The translations under genes and the position numbers were made by a program. This document shows, in pieces, positions 19,399-29,849 of a DNA stretch of 64,000 nucleotides (its first letter is position 1; every line of letters starts with the position of its first letter). The stretch covers positions 1-64,000 of the forward strand of contig JBHLNT010000005.1 in NCBI GenBank assembly GCA_048941265.1, written 5' to 3'. This stretch comes from Promethearchaeota archaeon (GTDB taxonomy: Archaea > Asgardarchaeota > Lokiarchaeia > Sigyniarchaeales > SOKP01). Below the pieces are notes generated by a model that saw only the letters and a program-made list of their open reading frames with translations, was not told the origin of the DNA and did no database searches.

Positions 19399-20771
19399 TT
19401 TGCAGCCCCGATAATCTGAACATCTTTTATTTTAACGTATGGAGCTTTATATCGACCATATGTTTTATATTGCTTGGAAACTGCATCAAGATTTTTGAAT
19501 AGATCGAAAAGATTTATTCCGAACATAGTTTCATTTAAAGGTTCTTTAATTTCTCCGTTCTCAATTAAATTGCCTTGAAGAATTAAACCCGAAAAATCGC
19601 CTGTCGTAATATTGGGGCTGTCTCCAGTATATTCTAAAATTATCCCTTTTTTCACATCACTGATAATTTCTTCTTGCGTAAAATCTCCCGGTTTCATAAT
19701 AAAATTTGAAATTCCGATTGAAGGAACAGAACTATAAGAGCTTCGTACTGCATTTCCAGTACTTTCAATCCCTTCTTTACCTGCAGTATAGCTATTATGT
19801 AGTAAACCATCTTGCAAAAATTTTCCTCGTTCTACAATTTTTTTATTTTTACACGGTACCCCTTCAGCATCAAATGGAGAAGAGCCCAGAGCACCGTCTA
19901 TTAGAGCATTATCTTCAATATTCAGATGTTCTGCAGCAATAATTTCATTTCTTTTACCAATAAGAAAGCTTCTTTTATATTGAAAAGTTTCAGCGTTAAT
20001 AGCGGAGGCTAGTGGATTCAATATAAAGCTAATAGTGCCATTCGGGGTTAATATTAGTGGAACTTTCATATTTTTAACTTTAATCCTATTTAAGTTCTTT
20101 TTCGCTTTTTCCAATGCGTTTTTTGCAATTTCTGTGGCGTTAATATTATTTAAATTGCGGGAAGACTGCCAATCAAATCCAAATGAAGTCTCCTTACTTA
20201 CTTTATCTTTAACAATAATATTAGAACTTACTGAACATGATGTTACTTTTCCACTTACTTCAATTCCATTAGAATTAAACACAAACACTTTAGAATAACT
20301 TGATGTGAACTCAGCGGATTGAGAGATGGCTAATTCATCTTCTTTGCATACATCAATTAAATCCTTGGCATATCCTAAAGATTCTTCAATTTCTATAATT
20401 TTCAATTTAATATCAAATAAATCATTTACACTTGGATATTTTTCGTATGAATCTGGTAAATTTTTAAAGTCTGAATCCCCCGTGCCGGCATTCATCATCC
20501 CGAGGGCGTTTGATATCATTTTTTCCATCGATTTCTTTTCTAAATTATTTGTATAGGCAAAGCCAAGCGAGCCTCGTTTATCAATAGCCCTAATTGAAGC
20601 TCCTAGCGAACTTCCTATCTCACTATTTTTAACGGAGTTTTCTTCGATTTCTATACTAATGAATTTGTTTTTACCGAAATAGATATCAGCACATTTTAGA
20701 TTACTGTTATTTTTTTCGGCAAATTTCAAAGCAAAATTTGAAAGATTATAAAAATCGGGTTTGTTTTGCAT
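19395..20771 (-). CDS. pmbA: TldE/PmbA family protein
   Basis: FDAEGVP, STGNA, TGDFSG, IENGEI motifs; no HExxH. Confidence 0.88.
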   Translation of the reverse strand: MQNKPDFYNLSNFALKFAEKNNSNLKCADIYFGKNKFISIEIEENSVKNSEIGSSLGASIRAIDKRGSLGFAYTNNLEKKSMEKMISNALGMMNAGTGDSDFKNLPDSYEKYPSVNDLFDIKLKIIEIEESLGYAKDLIDVCKEDELAISQSAEFTSSYSKVFVFNSNGIEVSGKVTSCSVSSNIIVKDKVSKETSFGFDWQSSRNLNNINATEIAKNALEKAKKNLNRIKVKNMKVPLILTPNGTISFILNPLASAINAETFQYKRSFLIGKRNEIIAAEHLNIEDNALIDGALGSSPFDAEGVPCKNKKIVERGKFLQDGLLHNSYTAGKEGIESTGNAVRSSYSSVPSIGISNFIMKPGDFTQEEIISDVKKGIILEYTGDSPNITTGDFSGLILQGNLIENGEIKEPLNETMFGINLFDLFKNLDAVSKQYKTYGRYKAPYVKIKDVQIIGAAN

Positions 20772-22217
20772 TTAATTCAAACCTCCCACAGTGACATCTT
20801 CAACACGAATATATGGGCCTCCATCGCACACTCTTACACCTTGGCCTCCTTTTCCACAAGTACCATCACTAATTCCAATTTCATTACCAATTGCTGAAAT
20901 CTTATTGAGAACTTCAAGTGTCATACCTGATAATCCAACATCTCTCAATAATTCTGTTTTTTCTCCATTTTTTATTAAGTATGAGATTTTACATTTAAAT
21001 TGAAAGTTTCCTGTACTTGGATCGGTATAACCGTATTGAAAATCTTCACAGAGAATTCCATTTTTCATATCTTTAATCATTTCATCCAAATCCCAGTCTT
21101 TAGGCTCAAGCAAGGTGATCCCCATACGGACTTGAGGTTTCGATGTATTGGATGATGCTCTACCATGTCCATTAGGAGAGACACCCATTCGTGAAGAACT
21201 TTCAAGGCTATGCAAATAATTTCGGAGAATACCATTTTTGATTATTTCCGTCTTTTGGGAAGGAATACCCTCATCATCCACGAAATAGCTCCCATATAAT
21301 TCATAAGGTAAATTAAATCTTTTTCCATGTCCCATAGTTGGATCATCAATAATATTAATATCTTCACTTGCTATTTTATTACCAATTTTTCCTTCTAAGA
21401 TACTCTCTTTATTCAAGACAGTATCCGCTTCGATCGCATGTCCAAGGGCCTCATGAATCAAAACTCCACAAAATTTCGGGTCCATTATAACGGTAAATTT
21501 CCCTCCTGCGGGTGATTTTGCTTTTAATAATTCAACTGCCTCCTTGGCTGATTTAGAGCTTAATCCAATAGCTTGATCTGTTTCAACTATTTCAAATCCT
21601 CCGAGTCCTCCTACGGAATTAACAGCTCTCTGTAGTATTCCATTTTCTTGAGCATAGACTAAGCTAAATAACCTTAATATTGATAATTCCTGATAAATAT
21701 AACTTCCAAATGAGTTAAGAAACAAATTACTCCCGTAACCGTCCATATATACGGTATGGGTGTTTTTAACTTTTGGAGAGTATTCTGAAGCAATTTTTTC
21801 TTGTTGCTTTACTTGATTAATTTTATCTTCTATATCTATATCGCTAATATTCTTCTTACTCTTTATTTCATAACTGGCTATTAACGGATCTCTTTCATTT
21901 ATCTTAAATTTATGCTTACATAAAGATTCTGATATTTGGGCTAATTTTATTGCTTTTTCAAACCCCTCTATGACAGATCTTTGAGAAATAGTCTGTAAAG
22001 TATTAAATCCCCAGCCTCCATTTACAAAAGTTCTGATTCCACAATCTATAAGCTCGAAAGAGGATATTTCCTTGCTTTTTTGGTCTGTAAAATCTAAACT
22101 TGTACCCATACCTATACCAGTTTTGATATCCCAATATTCAATTGTATTAGCAGCGAGTTGGTCTAATTTCTTAATCAATTGGTCGTCAAATATTTTTAAT
22201 TCATCAGCTATGTCCAT
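20772..22217 (-). CDS. tldD: TldD family metalloprotease
   Basis: HEALGHAIEAD, DDEG, CGKGGQ..V.DGGP. Confidence 0.92.
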   Translation of the reverse strand: MDIADELKIFDDQLIKKLDQLAANTIEYWDIKTGIGMGTSLDFTDQKSKEISSFELIDCGIRTFVNGGWGFNTLQTISQRSVIEGFEKAIKLAQISESLCKHKFKINERDPLIASYEIKSKKNISDIDIEDKINQVKQQEKIASEYSPKVKNTHTVYMDGYGSNLFLNSFGSYIYQELSILRLFSLVYAQENGILQRAVNSVGGLGGFEIVETDQAIGLSSKSAKEAVELLKAKSPAGGKFTVIMDPKFCGVLIHEALGHAIEADTVLNKESILEGKIGNKIASEDINIIDDPTMGHGKRFNLPYELYGSYFVDDEGIPSQKTEIIKNGILRNYLHSLESSSRMGVSPNGHGRASSNTSKPQVRMGITLLEPKDWDLDEMIKDMKNGILCEDFQYGYTDPSTGNFQFKCKISYLIKNGEKTELLRDVGLSGMTLEVLNKISAIGNEIGISDGTCGKGGQGVRVCDGGPYIRVEDVTVGGLN

Positions 22218-22315
22218 TATTATCGTCTTTTTGTGTAATATAATATTAAGTAAAACAAAGGATATAAACTGGTTTCATTTGAAAAATAGAATTAAATATT
22301 AAAGTTAACAGGATT

Positions 22316-22576
22316 TCATTCAATTTTCCTAAATGTCAGGTTAAATCCCATATTAATATATTTTGAAAGATCCTCATTTTGCTTTTTTGTTTTTAATTCC
22401 TTAAGAATCGCAATTGCAACTTCCATTGAGCATTTTTTAGAGAATTTAGTTGATTTTTGAAATTGAAATGAATGATGGCATTTCCAACATTTTTTAGTTT
22501 TAATGATTTTACTCGAATAATACCATTCACCGCACTGATAACATCTAAAGAAATAATAATTCTTTACGCTGGACAT
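22316..22576 (-). CDS. Small zinc-ribbon protein (DUF1922-like)
   Basis: FRCYQCGEWYYS...KTKKCWKC; ATG at 22576. Confidence 0.65.
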   Translation of the reverse strand: MSSVKNYYFFRCYQCGEWYYSSKIIKTKKCWKCHHSFQFQKSTKFSKKCSMEVAIAILKELKTKKQNEDLSKYINMGFNLTFRKIE

Positions 22577-22866
22577 GTGAATTATTAACAGAAATAAATT
22601 GATAAAAATCAATTAAGTACCTAAATTTTCTAATTTTCAATTCGATTAATCAACTTTCTATACAGAATTGGAATTTTTTGAGGGATCATTGGTTCAACAT
22701 TTAAGTTTAGTCTATATAGATTATATAGAATATATATAACGCTATATTCTATTGTCTATTAGAATAAAAGCAATTAAACTAAATATTCTATATATAGCAA
22801 GGTAAAAATGAGATCTGGAAATTTTGGAAATTAGCTTTAAAAAAATCAAGGGAGTTAAGGTTTCTT

Positions 22867-22965
22867 ATGAAGGATAAGTATATATATCTCATTGTGGTTG
22901 CCCTAGGAATAGCGGCAGGGGTCACATTCACTTTAATTGATAACTATATAAGGTCGTTTATTTAA
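22867..22965 (+). CDS. Putative 32-aa single-TM peptide
   Basis: MKDKYIYLIVVALGIAAGVTFTLIDNYIRSFI*; purine-rich sequence upstream; ends 29 bp before the SBP gene. Confidence 0.45.
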   Translation: MKDKYIYLIVVALGIAAGVTFTLIDNYIRSFI

Positions 22966-22994
22966 AAAAAATTGTATAGTTTCACACAAAAATC

Positions 22995-24122
22995 ATGAGT
23001 CATTCACGCAGAGCTGAAAAACGTAAGAAAAGAAAAATTATTTTATTGTTTATTTTAGGTTTCGCTATCGGCAACGTCTCAACATATATTGTATCATATT
23101 TTTTTCAGGAAAAAGTCACTCACGTATATATCGTATATAGTTCTGAAAAAGCAAGCTGGATGACACATGCTTATACTGAATTTTTAGATGAATGGCACAG
23201 GAAACACCCTAACGATAAGATAATAATTGATATGCATCCATATGGTTCTTCAGACTCGATGATTAGTATTTTAAATGGAGAGATAACCCCTACTATATGG
23301 AGTCCAGCAAGTTCTATTTGGTTGCCACTTCTAAATGAAAAATGGAAAAAATATATGGATACAGATAAGGATATAGTAGATATTGATAAGGCTGTAAAAA
23401 TTATTTATTCACCAATAGTGATTGCCACCTGGGAAAGTTTTAACAAAACTTATAAAATTCATGGTTTTGTCGATTTATATGAATTAAATAAAGATGAGAA
23501 AGTAGATGTTAAAATGGCCCATACTGATCCAAGATTGTCGAATTCAGGATTTATGAGTACAATAATGGCATTATCTGCGGCTTCTGGAGTTTCCACTAAA
23601 GACTTAAAAATGAAAGATTTAAAAGATTCAGAAAATCAAAAGTGGCTAAGAACATTTGAATCCAGTGCCGTGATGTACGGAAAATCTACCGGATTTTTAG
23701 CAAAATATATGCAAGATGGAGGACCAGATAAATTAAATGTAGCACTTTTATACGAGAATTTAGTAAAAGATATTTCAAGTCAATCAGAAGGGGGGAAAGT
23801 TATTGCAATATATCCAGAAGAGGGTACATTGTTTAGCGACCATCCTTTTTGTATATTAAATGCCGATTGGGTTACACCAAAGCAACGAGAAGTGGCTGAG
23901 GAATTCCTTAATTTTTTGCAGGAGAAACAAACAGTAAAAGATGCTATGGAATATGGGTTTAGACCAATCGACCAATCGATAACATTAGACAAGAATGTTT
24001 TTAATTATAAAGATAATGGATTAGCTTATAATTTAACTATCCCTGAATTTCAGTCTCCCGATGATGGAGAGGTTTTATCAAGAATACCTGATGTATGGCT
24101 ACTTTGCAAAGCGGCAGCATGA
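22995..24122 (+). CDS. ABC transporter substrate-binding protein (vWA-associated SBP type)
   Basis: N-terminal TM; YSSEK, PTIWSPASSIW, SPIVIATW, HTDPRLSNSG, YENLV, IYPEEGTLFSDHP, YGFRP. Confidence 0.75.
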   Translation: MSHSRRAEKRKKRKIILLFILGFAIGNVSTYIVSYFFQEKVTHVYIVYSSEKASWMTHAYTEFLDEWHRKHPNDKIIIDMHPYGSSDSMISILNGEITPTIWSPASSIWLPLLNEKWKKYMDTDKDIVDIDKAVKIIYSPIVIATWESFNKTYKIHGFVDLYELNKDEKVDVKMAHTDPRLSNSGFMSTIMALSAASGVSTKDLKMKDLKDSENQKWLRTFESSAVMYGKSTGFLAKYMQDGGPDKLNVALLYENLVKDISSQSEGGKVIAIYPEEGTLFSDHPFCILNADWVTPKQREVAEEFLNFLQEKQTVKDAMEYGFRPIDQSITLDKNVFNYKDNGLAYNLTIPEFQSPDDGEVLSRIPDVWLLCKAAA

Positions 24123-24152
24123 ATAAAAGTAAAAATTTTAGTTGAGAAAAAT

Positions 24153-25820
24153 ATGACAAGACAAGCCCAAATCGTAAAGGAAAGAGAGATTAGTGAGGAA
24201 CTTGAATTACCTTTTGGTTTGAAATTTGATAGATTTTTTTCTAAACCCTTATATAGGAAGAGTTTAGATGCATTGACCATAGGTTTCTTTTTATTAGTTA
24301 TCATCGGACCTATTTTATTTATTTTTTTAACAATCCTACTTAATATTCCTTCTATAAATAAGGATGTATTTCATGATGAAATTCTAAAGGATCTAAAATG
24401 GCAAATGATTGTTAATTCTTTAATAGTTTCTTTTACAATTGCAGCCATTGCCGTGGCTATAGACTTAGTTATTGCATTTCCAACAGCTATTATTTTAACC
24501 CGTTATAATTTTAAAGGAAAAGAATTCCTCGACGCCCTTGTTGATTTACCAATGGCAGTACCAACCGGGGCGTTAGGCTTTTCCGTACTTTTATTTTGGG
24601 CAATTTTTTTAGTCCAGCCTGGATTCATTTTAATTCTTTTAGGACATATCGTATTTACTTTTCCCTATATAGTTCGCAATATGAAAATTGTTTTAGAAAA
24701 GGCAGATGTATTATATGAGGATGCTGCGAGAACTCTAGGGGCACCGGGAATTACTGTTTTTCGTACGATAACTCTTCCATTAATGAAAGAAGGAATAATT
24801 GCAGGAGCAATTCTTGCTTTCACCAGAAGCCTTGGTGAGACAGGAGCAACTCTAATCTTGTCTGGTTTAGTAGAAACATCCCCCATTCTAATTGTCGGTT
24901 TTCGAAGACAATTAGAGTTCCCTGCAGCTTCACTCCTTGCCGGGATCTTAATAGCAGTATCAATAACTCTTTTGTTTTCAGTAAAATTCTTTACGAGAAA
25001 GGTTGGCTTTCCTGTAAAAAGTGTTTTACCGGAATTTGAAAAAAAATTAAGCCATAGGTACTTTCGGTATGTAAGAGATGCATTGGTTGCAACTATCATA
25101 ACTTTTATGATTTTAATTCCTTCATTTTATGTGATTTCTCAAGTTTTTGATATGGCAGTTATCGATGAAGTTTTCTTCGGAAAGGATTATAAATGGGCTT
25201 ATTTATATGTGGCTTTAATAACTTCAATACAAATTGCTGCGTTAGCCGTTATGATTAATTTATTATTTGGTATACCTTTTGCTTTTATAATTGTCAAAAG
25301 AAATTGGGGAAGAGCTATCACATTTTTAGATACTATTTTAGATATTCCAATTGCTATACCATCTGCTGCCCTCGGTTTTGCCATATTTATGTTTTGGGGA
25401 CCCGCAGGAATAGGCCTATTTCAACCGGGATTTTATATGATTCTTTTTGTTCATGTAACTTTTACATTTCCCTATATGGTTCGCCCGATTATTGGCGTTT
25501 TAGAATCTACAAATGTGGGAGTTGAGGAGGCCGCTCGGACATTAGGAGCATCGAATATGACAGTATTTAGACGAATTACGCTCCCAAGTATTAAACAGGG
25601 CATTATCGCCGGAAGTATTATGGTTTTTACCAGGTCAATGGGAGAGACAGGGGCAACAATAGTAGTTATGGGAGGGATTCGAACAGTTCCCGTTTTAATA
25701 GTAGATTGGGTTGAGGCAAATGCGTTTCCAAGTGCTGTTTTCGCAAGCACTATCGTCATAATTTTTAGTGCTTTCTTAATTATCGCCTTAAGAGCAGCCA
25801 CTACAAAGAGAGGTCAGTAA
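24153..25820 (+). CDS. ABC importer permease with two fused domains (CysTW/ModB/FbpB-like)
   Basis: Two EAA motifs (YEDAARTLGA, EEAARTLGA); two RSxGETGAT motifs. Confidence 0.9.
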   Translation: MTRQAQIVKEREISEELELPFGLKFDRFFSKPLYRKSLDALTIGFFLLVIIGPILFIFLTILLNIPSINKDVFHDEILKDLKWQMIVNSLIVSFTIAAIAVAIDLVIAFPTAIILTRYNFKGKEFLDALVDLPMAVPTGALGFSVLLFWAIFLVQPGFILILLGHIVFTFPYIVRNMKIVLEKADVLYEDAARTLGAPGITVFRTITLPLMKEGIIAGAILAFTRSLGETGATLILSGLVETSPILIVGFRRQLEFPAASLLAGILIAVSITLLFSVKFFTRKVGFPVKSVLPEFEKKLSHRYFRYVRDALVATIITFMILIPSFYVISQVFDMAVIDEVFFGKDYKWAYLYVALITSIQIAALAVMINLLFGIPFAFIIVKRNWGRAITFLDTILDIPIAIPSAALGFAIFMFWGPAGIGLFQPGFYMILFVHVTFTFPYMVRPIIGVLESTNVGVEEAARTLGASNMTVFRRITLPSIKQGIIAGSIMVFTRSMGETGATIVVMGGIRTVPVLIVDWVEANAFPSAVFASTIVIIFSAFLIIALRAATTKRGQ

Positions 25821-25822
25821 AT

Positions 25823-26968
25823 TTGCCTACTATAGAACTCATAAACGTTTCCAAAACATTTGATGAGGGAAAAGTTTTAGCGGTAGATAGTATCTCTTTA
25901 AAAATAAATGATGGAGATTATATATTTCTACTCGGACCGAGTGGCTGTGGTAAAACCACAACACTACGGATGATTGCTGGGCTCGAAAAACCAACAGAAG
26001 GAAAGGTACTGATTGACGGTAAGGATATTGAAGGGATTCCCCCAGAGGACAGAGATATGGGTTTTATATTCCAGCATTTTGAAATTTTCGATCATATGAC
26101 TGTTTGGGAAAATGTTTCTTTTGGATTGGAAATGCGGGGATATGATGAGGATTATATTACTAAAGAAGCAGAAAAAGCATTAAAAACAGTTGATTTGTTG
26201 GACTATGCTGACGAGTATCCTTCAATTTTTGGCAATCCAGGATTACAAAAATTAGGAATAGCAAGAGCACTAGCAACAGGAGCAAAAATTCTTATTATGG
26301 ACGAACCACTGGGTTCTTTAGATCCTAAAGTTTCTAAAGTCTTTCGTCATCAATTAAGAAATTTGATTAAAGATTTAGGTCTTACTGCCATACACGTCAC
26401 TCATAACCAGGAAGAAGCGATGGCAATAGCAGATAAAATTATTGTGATGAGGGCAGGAAAGATCCTACAAATGGGTACTCCGTACGAATTATATGAACAT
26501 CCAAAAAGTATCTTTGTTGCCAATTTTTTAGGAGAGACAAATTTCCTTCAAGGTTTTGTTCTGAAATTGCTTGAAGATGGAATAATAAAAATTTGGACTC
26601 GTTTAGGAGGCCCTAAATTATTTTGTAATGAATGCGATAATGGGTTCAAATTAGATGATAATATTGTCATTGCCTTTCGTTATGAAGATGTATATCTTTT
26701 TCCAATAGATTATAATTTTAAAGAAAGTCGGTATGATTGGTCTAACATACAATTTTTTAATGCAATTTTAGAATCCAAGAGATTCATAGGTGCTACAAAA
26801 AGATACTATCTGTCATTAGATAATGGAGATAAGTTCTTAGCGACAAAACCGGGAACTTTTGCTGAAAATTATGAATCCGGAAAACAATTAATTGTTGGTA
26901 TCCATAAGGACGACATTCATATATTTGAAGCTCCTGAAGACCTTATGCATGAATTATCTTTAATGTGA
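25823..26968 (+). CDS. ABC transporter ATP-binding protein with degenerate signature
   Basis: GPSGCGKT, LIMDEP, HVTHNQEEA; FGNPG at the signature position. Confidence 0.9.
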   Translation: MPTIELINVSKTFDEGKVLAVDSISLKINDGDYIFLLGPSGCGKTTTLRMIAGLEKPTEGKVLIDGKDIEGIPPEDRDMGFIFQHFEIFDHMTVWENVSFGLEMRGYDEDYITKEAEKALKTVDLLDYADEYPSIFGNPGLQKLGIARALATGAKILIMDEPLGSLDPKVSKVFRHQLRNLIKDLGLTAIHVTHNQEEAMAIADKIIVMRAGKILQMGTPYELYEHPKSIFVANFLGETNFLQGFVLKLLEDGIIKIWTRLGGPKLFCNECDNGFKLDDNIVIAFRYEDVYLFPIDYNFKESRYDWSNIQFFNAILESKRFIGATKRYYLSLDNGDKFLATKPGTFAENYESGKQLIVGIHKDDIHIFEAPEDLMHELSLM

Positions 26969-26980
26969 GGTGATATATAA

Positions 26981-28201
26981 TTGGTAAAAATTGAATTAAA
27001 AGATGTTTCAAAATCTTTTAGGGATGTGAAGGTACTTAAAGATATATCGCTAACAATTAAAGATAAGGAATATTTTATAATTCTCGGACCTACTGGGGCT
27101 GGAAAAACAACTTTATTGAAAATAATTGCTGGACTTATTAAACCTGATTCAGGAGACATCCTTTTTAGTGATGAAATTGTGACAAATCTTAGTCCTGGAG
27201 AGAGAAATTTAGGTTTTATGTTCGAAAATTATGCCTTATTCCCACATATGACTATTTATGATAATATTGCTTACAGTTCACGTGTTCATGCTCGAGACCC
27301 AAAAGAAACTCAAAAAATAGTAGAACAAGTTTTAATGATGACACTTTTGACTGGAAGAAATGAAGCTTTACCAGCAGAAATGAGCGGAGGAATGAAGCAG
27401 CGAGTCGCACTCTGTCGGGCACTAATGAACTTAGAGCAGACTAAATTATTGATTTTAGATGAACCGTTAAAAGCTCTGGATGCTGGTCTTAGAATGAGTT
27501 TAAGAAGGGAATTATTGTTAATGGCAAAATCGAAATTATTAGAGCTGACAGTCATACATATCACTAATGAAGAAGAAGAGGCCATGATGCTTGCTGATAG
27601 AATAGCTGTTATGAATGAGGGAAGAATTGTTCAAATTGGAGCCCCCTATGAAATATATTATCAACCTAAGAATCTTTTTGTAGCAAATTTTATGAGTGAA
27701 ATAAATTATTTTAACGGTACATGTGTAAAAAATGGAAAGAACTTTAATAATAATCTGAATACTAAAAAAATAGATGAAATGTTTTTAGAAATTAAAAAAT
27801 CTTCAATTCCAATGCAAGTTGATATTGGTATGAACAATATTCTTACCGCTTTTATAGAAAAAAAAGCTTATAATGAAATTAATCACGGAGATAAGGTTCT
27901 ATTAGTTATTAGAGCTAACCATATGAAAATTCGACTTGGTTATCGAGAAAAAGACAAACACAATGCTATACGAGGTAAAATCTATAGACGAAAATTTATG
28001 GGGGTTTTTTATCGATTTGAAGTTCTTGTAAAAATAGATGGTTTAGAAAAAATCATAATTGTAACAAATCCGGCTACTTCTGAGATCCATAGCTCTATTT
28101 TAGAGGATTCAGAAGTCACGATTTATTTTCCCGAAGAATTAGGGCTTATTTTTAAGCATCCGGGAGAAGAGGTAATTAAAAAAGTATTAAAATTAGAATA
28201 A
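26981..28201 (+). CDS. ABC transporter ATP-binding protein with degenerate H-loop
   Basis: GPTGAGKT, MSGGMKQR, LILDEP, HITNEEEEA. Confidence 0.9.
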   Translation: MVKIELKDVSKSFRDVKVLKDISLTIKDKEYFIILGPTGAGKTTLLKIIAGLIKPDSGDILFSDEIVTNLSPGERNLGFMFENYALFPHMTIYDNIAYSSRVHARDPKETQKIVEQVLMMTLLTGRNEALPAEMSGGMKQRVALCRALMNLEQTKLLILDEPLKALDAGLRMSLRRELLLMAKSKLLELTVIHITNEEEEAMMLADRIAVMNEGRIVQIGAPYEIYYQPKNLFVANFMSEINYFNGTCVKNGKNFNNNLNTKKIDEMFLEIKKSSIPMQVDIGMNNILTAFIEKKAYNEINHGDKVLLVIRANHMKIRLGYREKDKHNAIRGKIYRRKFMGVFYRFEVLVKIDGLEKIIIVTNPATSEIHSSILEDSEVTIYFPEELGLIFKHPGEEVIKKVLKLE

Positions 28202-28236
28202 TTATGAAGAAAAAAATAATATAAGAGGAAATAGAA

Positions 28237-28920
28237 ATGAGTTCATTATCTGAATGGTTTAAGTCTCGAAATGAGCAGAGTGTTATTAATAAGACATTAA
28301 TTCATATGCAAAAAATTCTGGAAGTTGTTGTGGAATTTGAAAAGGGATTATCTTTTTATATAGAAGAGAAAAATTTAGAACTCGCAATAAAAGTCTTTCA
28401 CAGAGTTACGGAATTAGAACATCAAGCAGACGGGATCAGGCGGAATATATTGACTTTGATCTCGAAAGCTGAAATATCAATGACGATTCGTGAAAATTTA
28501 GTGCATCTTACGCAAAGGATCGATGATATTGCAAATGCGACTAACGCATGTGCCCGAATACTTCTCTATTTGAATCACTCTGATTTTTTAAATTTAGAAA
28601 AAGAGGTACATTCAAAAATTTTACAAATTGCTAGAATTACTGTCGAGGCTGTTAAAAAAGTAAATAAAATGGTAAATGAAATATTAAAAATAGGCGAAGC
28701 TGAAATCCAAAAGTTGGGTGTGGATGTTAATATTTTAGAACACAAATGCGATGAATTACGCTTTGATATCAATAAAATACTGGTTTCTAACCGCCCAGAT
28801 ATCAATCCATTTAGTGCTATCGAGATTCATAATTTCATATCAATATTAGAAGCTATTAGCGATAATGCTGAGGATGTTGCAGATTATATAATAATGCTAA
28901 CAGTTGCTAAGAGAACTTAA
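28237..28920 (+). CDS. DUF47 family phosphate transport regulator (PhoU-like)
   Basis: LEHQADGIRR, IDDIA, LEHKCDE, ISDNAEDVAD. Confidence 0.88.
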   Translation: MSSLSEWFKSRNEQSVINKTLIHMQKILEVVVEFEKGLSFYIEEKNLELAIKVFHRVTELEHQADGIRRNILTLISKAEISMTIRENLVHLTQRIDDIANATNACARILLYLNHSDFLNLEKEVHSKILQIARITVEAVKKVNKMVNEILKIGEAEIQKLGVDVNILEHKCDELRFDINKILVSNRPDINPFSAIEIHNFISILEAISDNAEDVADYIIMLTVAKRT

Positions 28921-29155
28921 GATATTATTAAAAGTCCCGAATTTTTTTTTATTTATTTTCAATTGTATTTATGATTATAAAAAAAGAACTGAAGAAGTTT
29001 TCAAAATATTTAGAATAGCTATTTTTGTTTATTTCTCTATTCTTTCTATATAGTTCTATTTAGGAGATAATAGTAATTAATATACAAATAATAAATTTAA
29101 ATTATCTCAATAGATTATGTAAAATATATTTAGAATACTTTCAAATATTAGAACG

Positions 29156-29827
29156 ATGATTGACCTTACTGACTTTTCCGATAAGAATTTAAAGAAGTTA
29201 AAAATTGACGATTTAACCCGTATGTTTATGGACTGTATAAATGAACAGAATTTAAGATTAATCGAGGGAATAGAATATCTAGTAAAAGAAGATTTTGATA
29301 ATTTTGAAAAGAATTTGAAGTATGTAATAGAGGCTAAAACTGAAATTCAAATAAAAAGGGCATTTGAAGCCAAAGTATTTAAAGCTAAACTTATGTTCTC
29401 TAAAGCAGATAGATTAAAGGTTTTTTCTAAAATAAATGATATAAAAGATATTGGAGAATTTTTGGCTAATAAATTACTTGTCTATAAGGTGGTTTTTCCT
29501 GATGAAAAATTTAAACTTAGGATTGAGCTCATTCTTAAATATCTCAGAGAAATCTCAATGAATGTAGTTGATGCGGTAAATACTATAGGGTCTGATTTAA
29601 CTCATGCCCACGATATCTGCGAACACATAAAAGATGAAAGACGAAAAATGAGAGTGGAAGAGTGGAATTTATTAAGACGACTCTGGAATTATGAGATGGA
29701 TTATATTCCTAAAGAATTCATATATCTTAAAGAGATGATTGGAGGAATTATGATGTTGGCCGATCATATGAAGAAATTCTCGGAGTATATCCAGTTCTTA
29801 GCAACTAAATATTACTATTTTAAATAA
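29156..29827 (+). CDS. Divergent DUF47/PhoU-like helical protein
   Basis: All-helical, DUF47 size, SKADRL..FSKINDI pattern; directly upstream of PiT. Confidence 0.5.
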   Translation: MIDLTDFSDKNLKKLKIDDLTRMFMDCINEQNLRLIEGIEYLVKEDFDNFEKNLKYVIEAKTEIQIKRAFEAKVFKAKLMFSKADRLKVFSKINDIKDIGEFLANKLLVYKVVFPDEKFKLRIELILKYLREISMNVVDAVNTIGSDLTHAHDICEHIKDERRKMRVEEWNLLRRLWNYEMDYIPKEFIYLKEMIGGIMMLADHMKKFSEYIQFLATKYYYFK

Positions 29828-29849
29828 TTAAACCTTTAGGGTTAAATCC

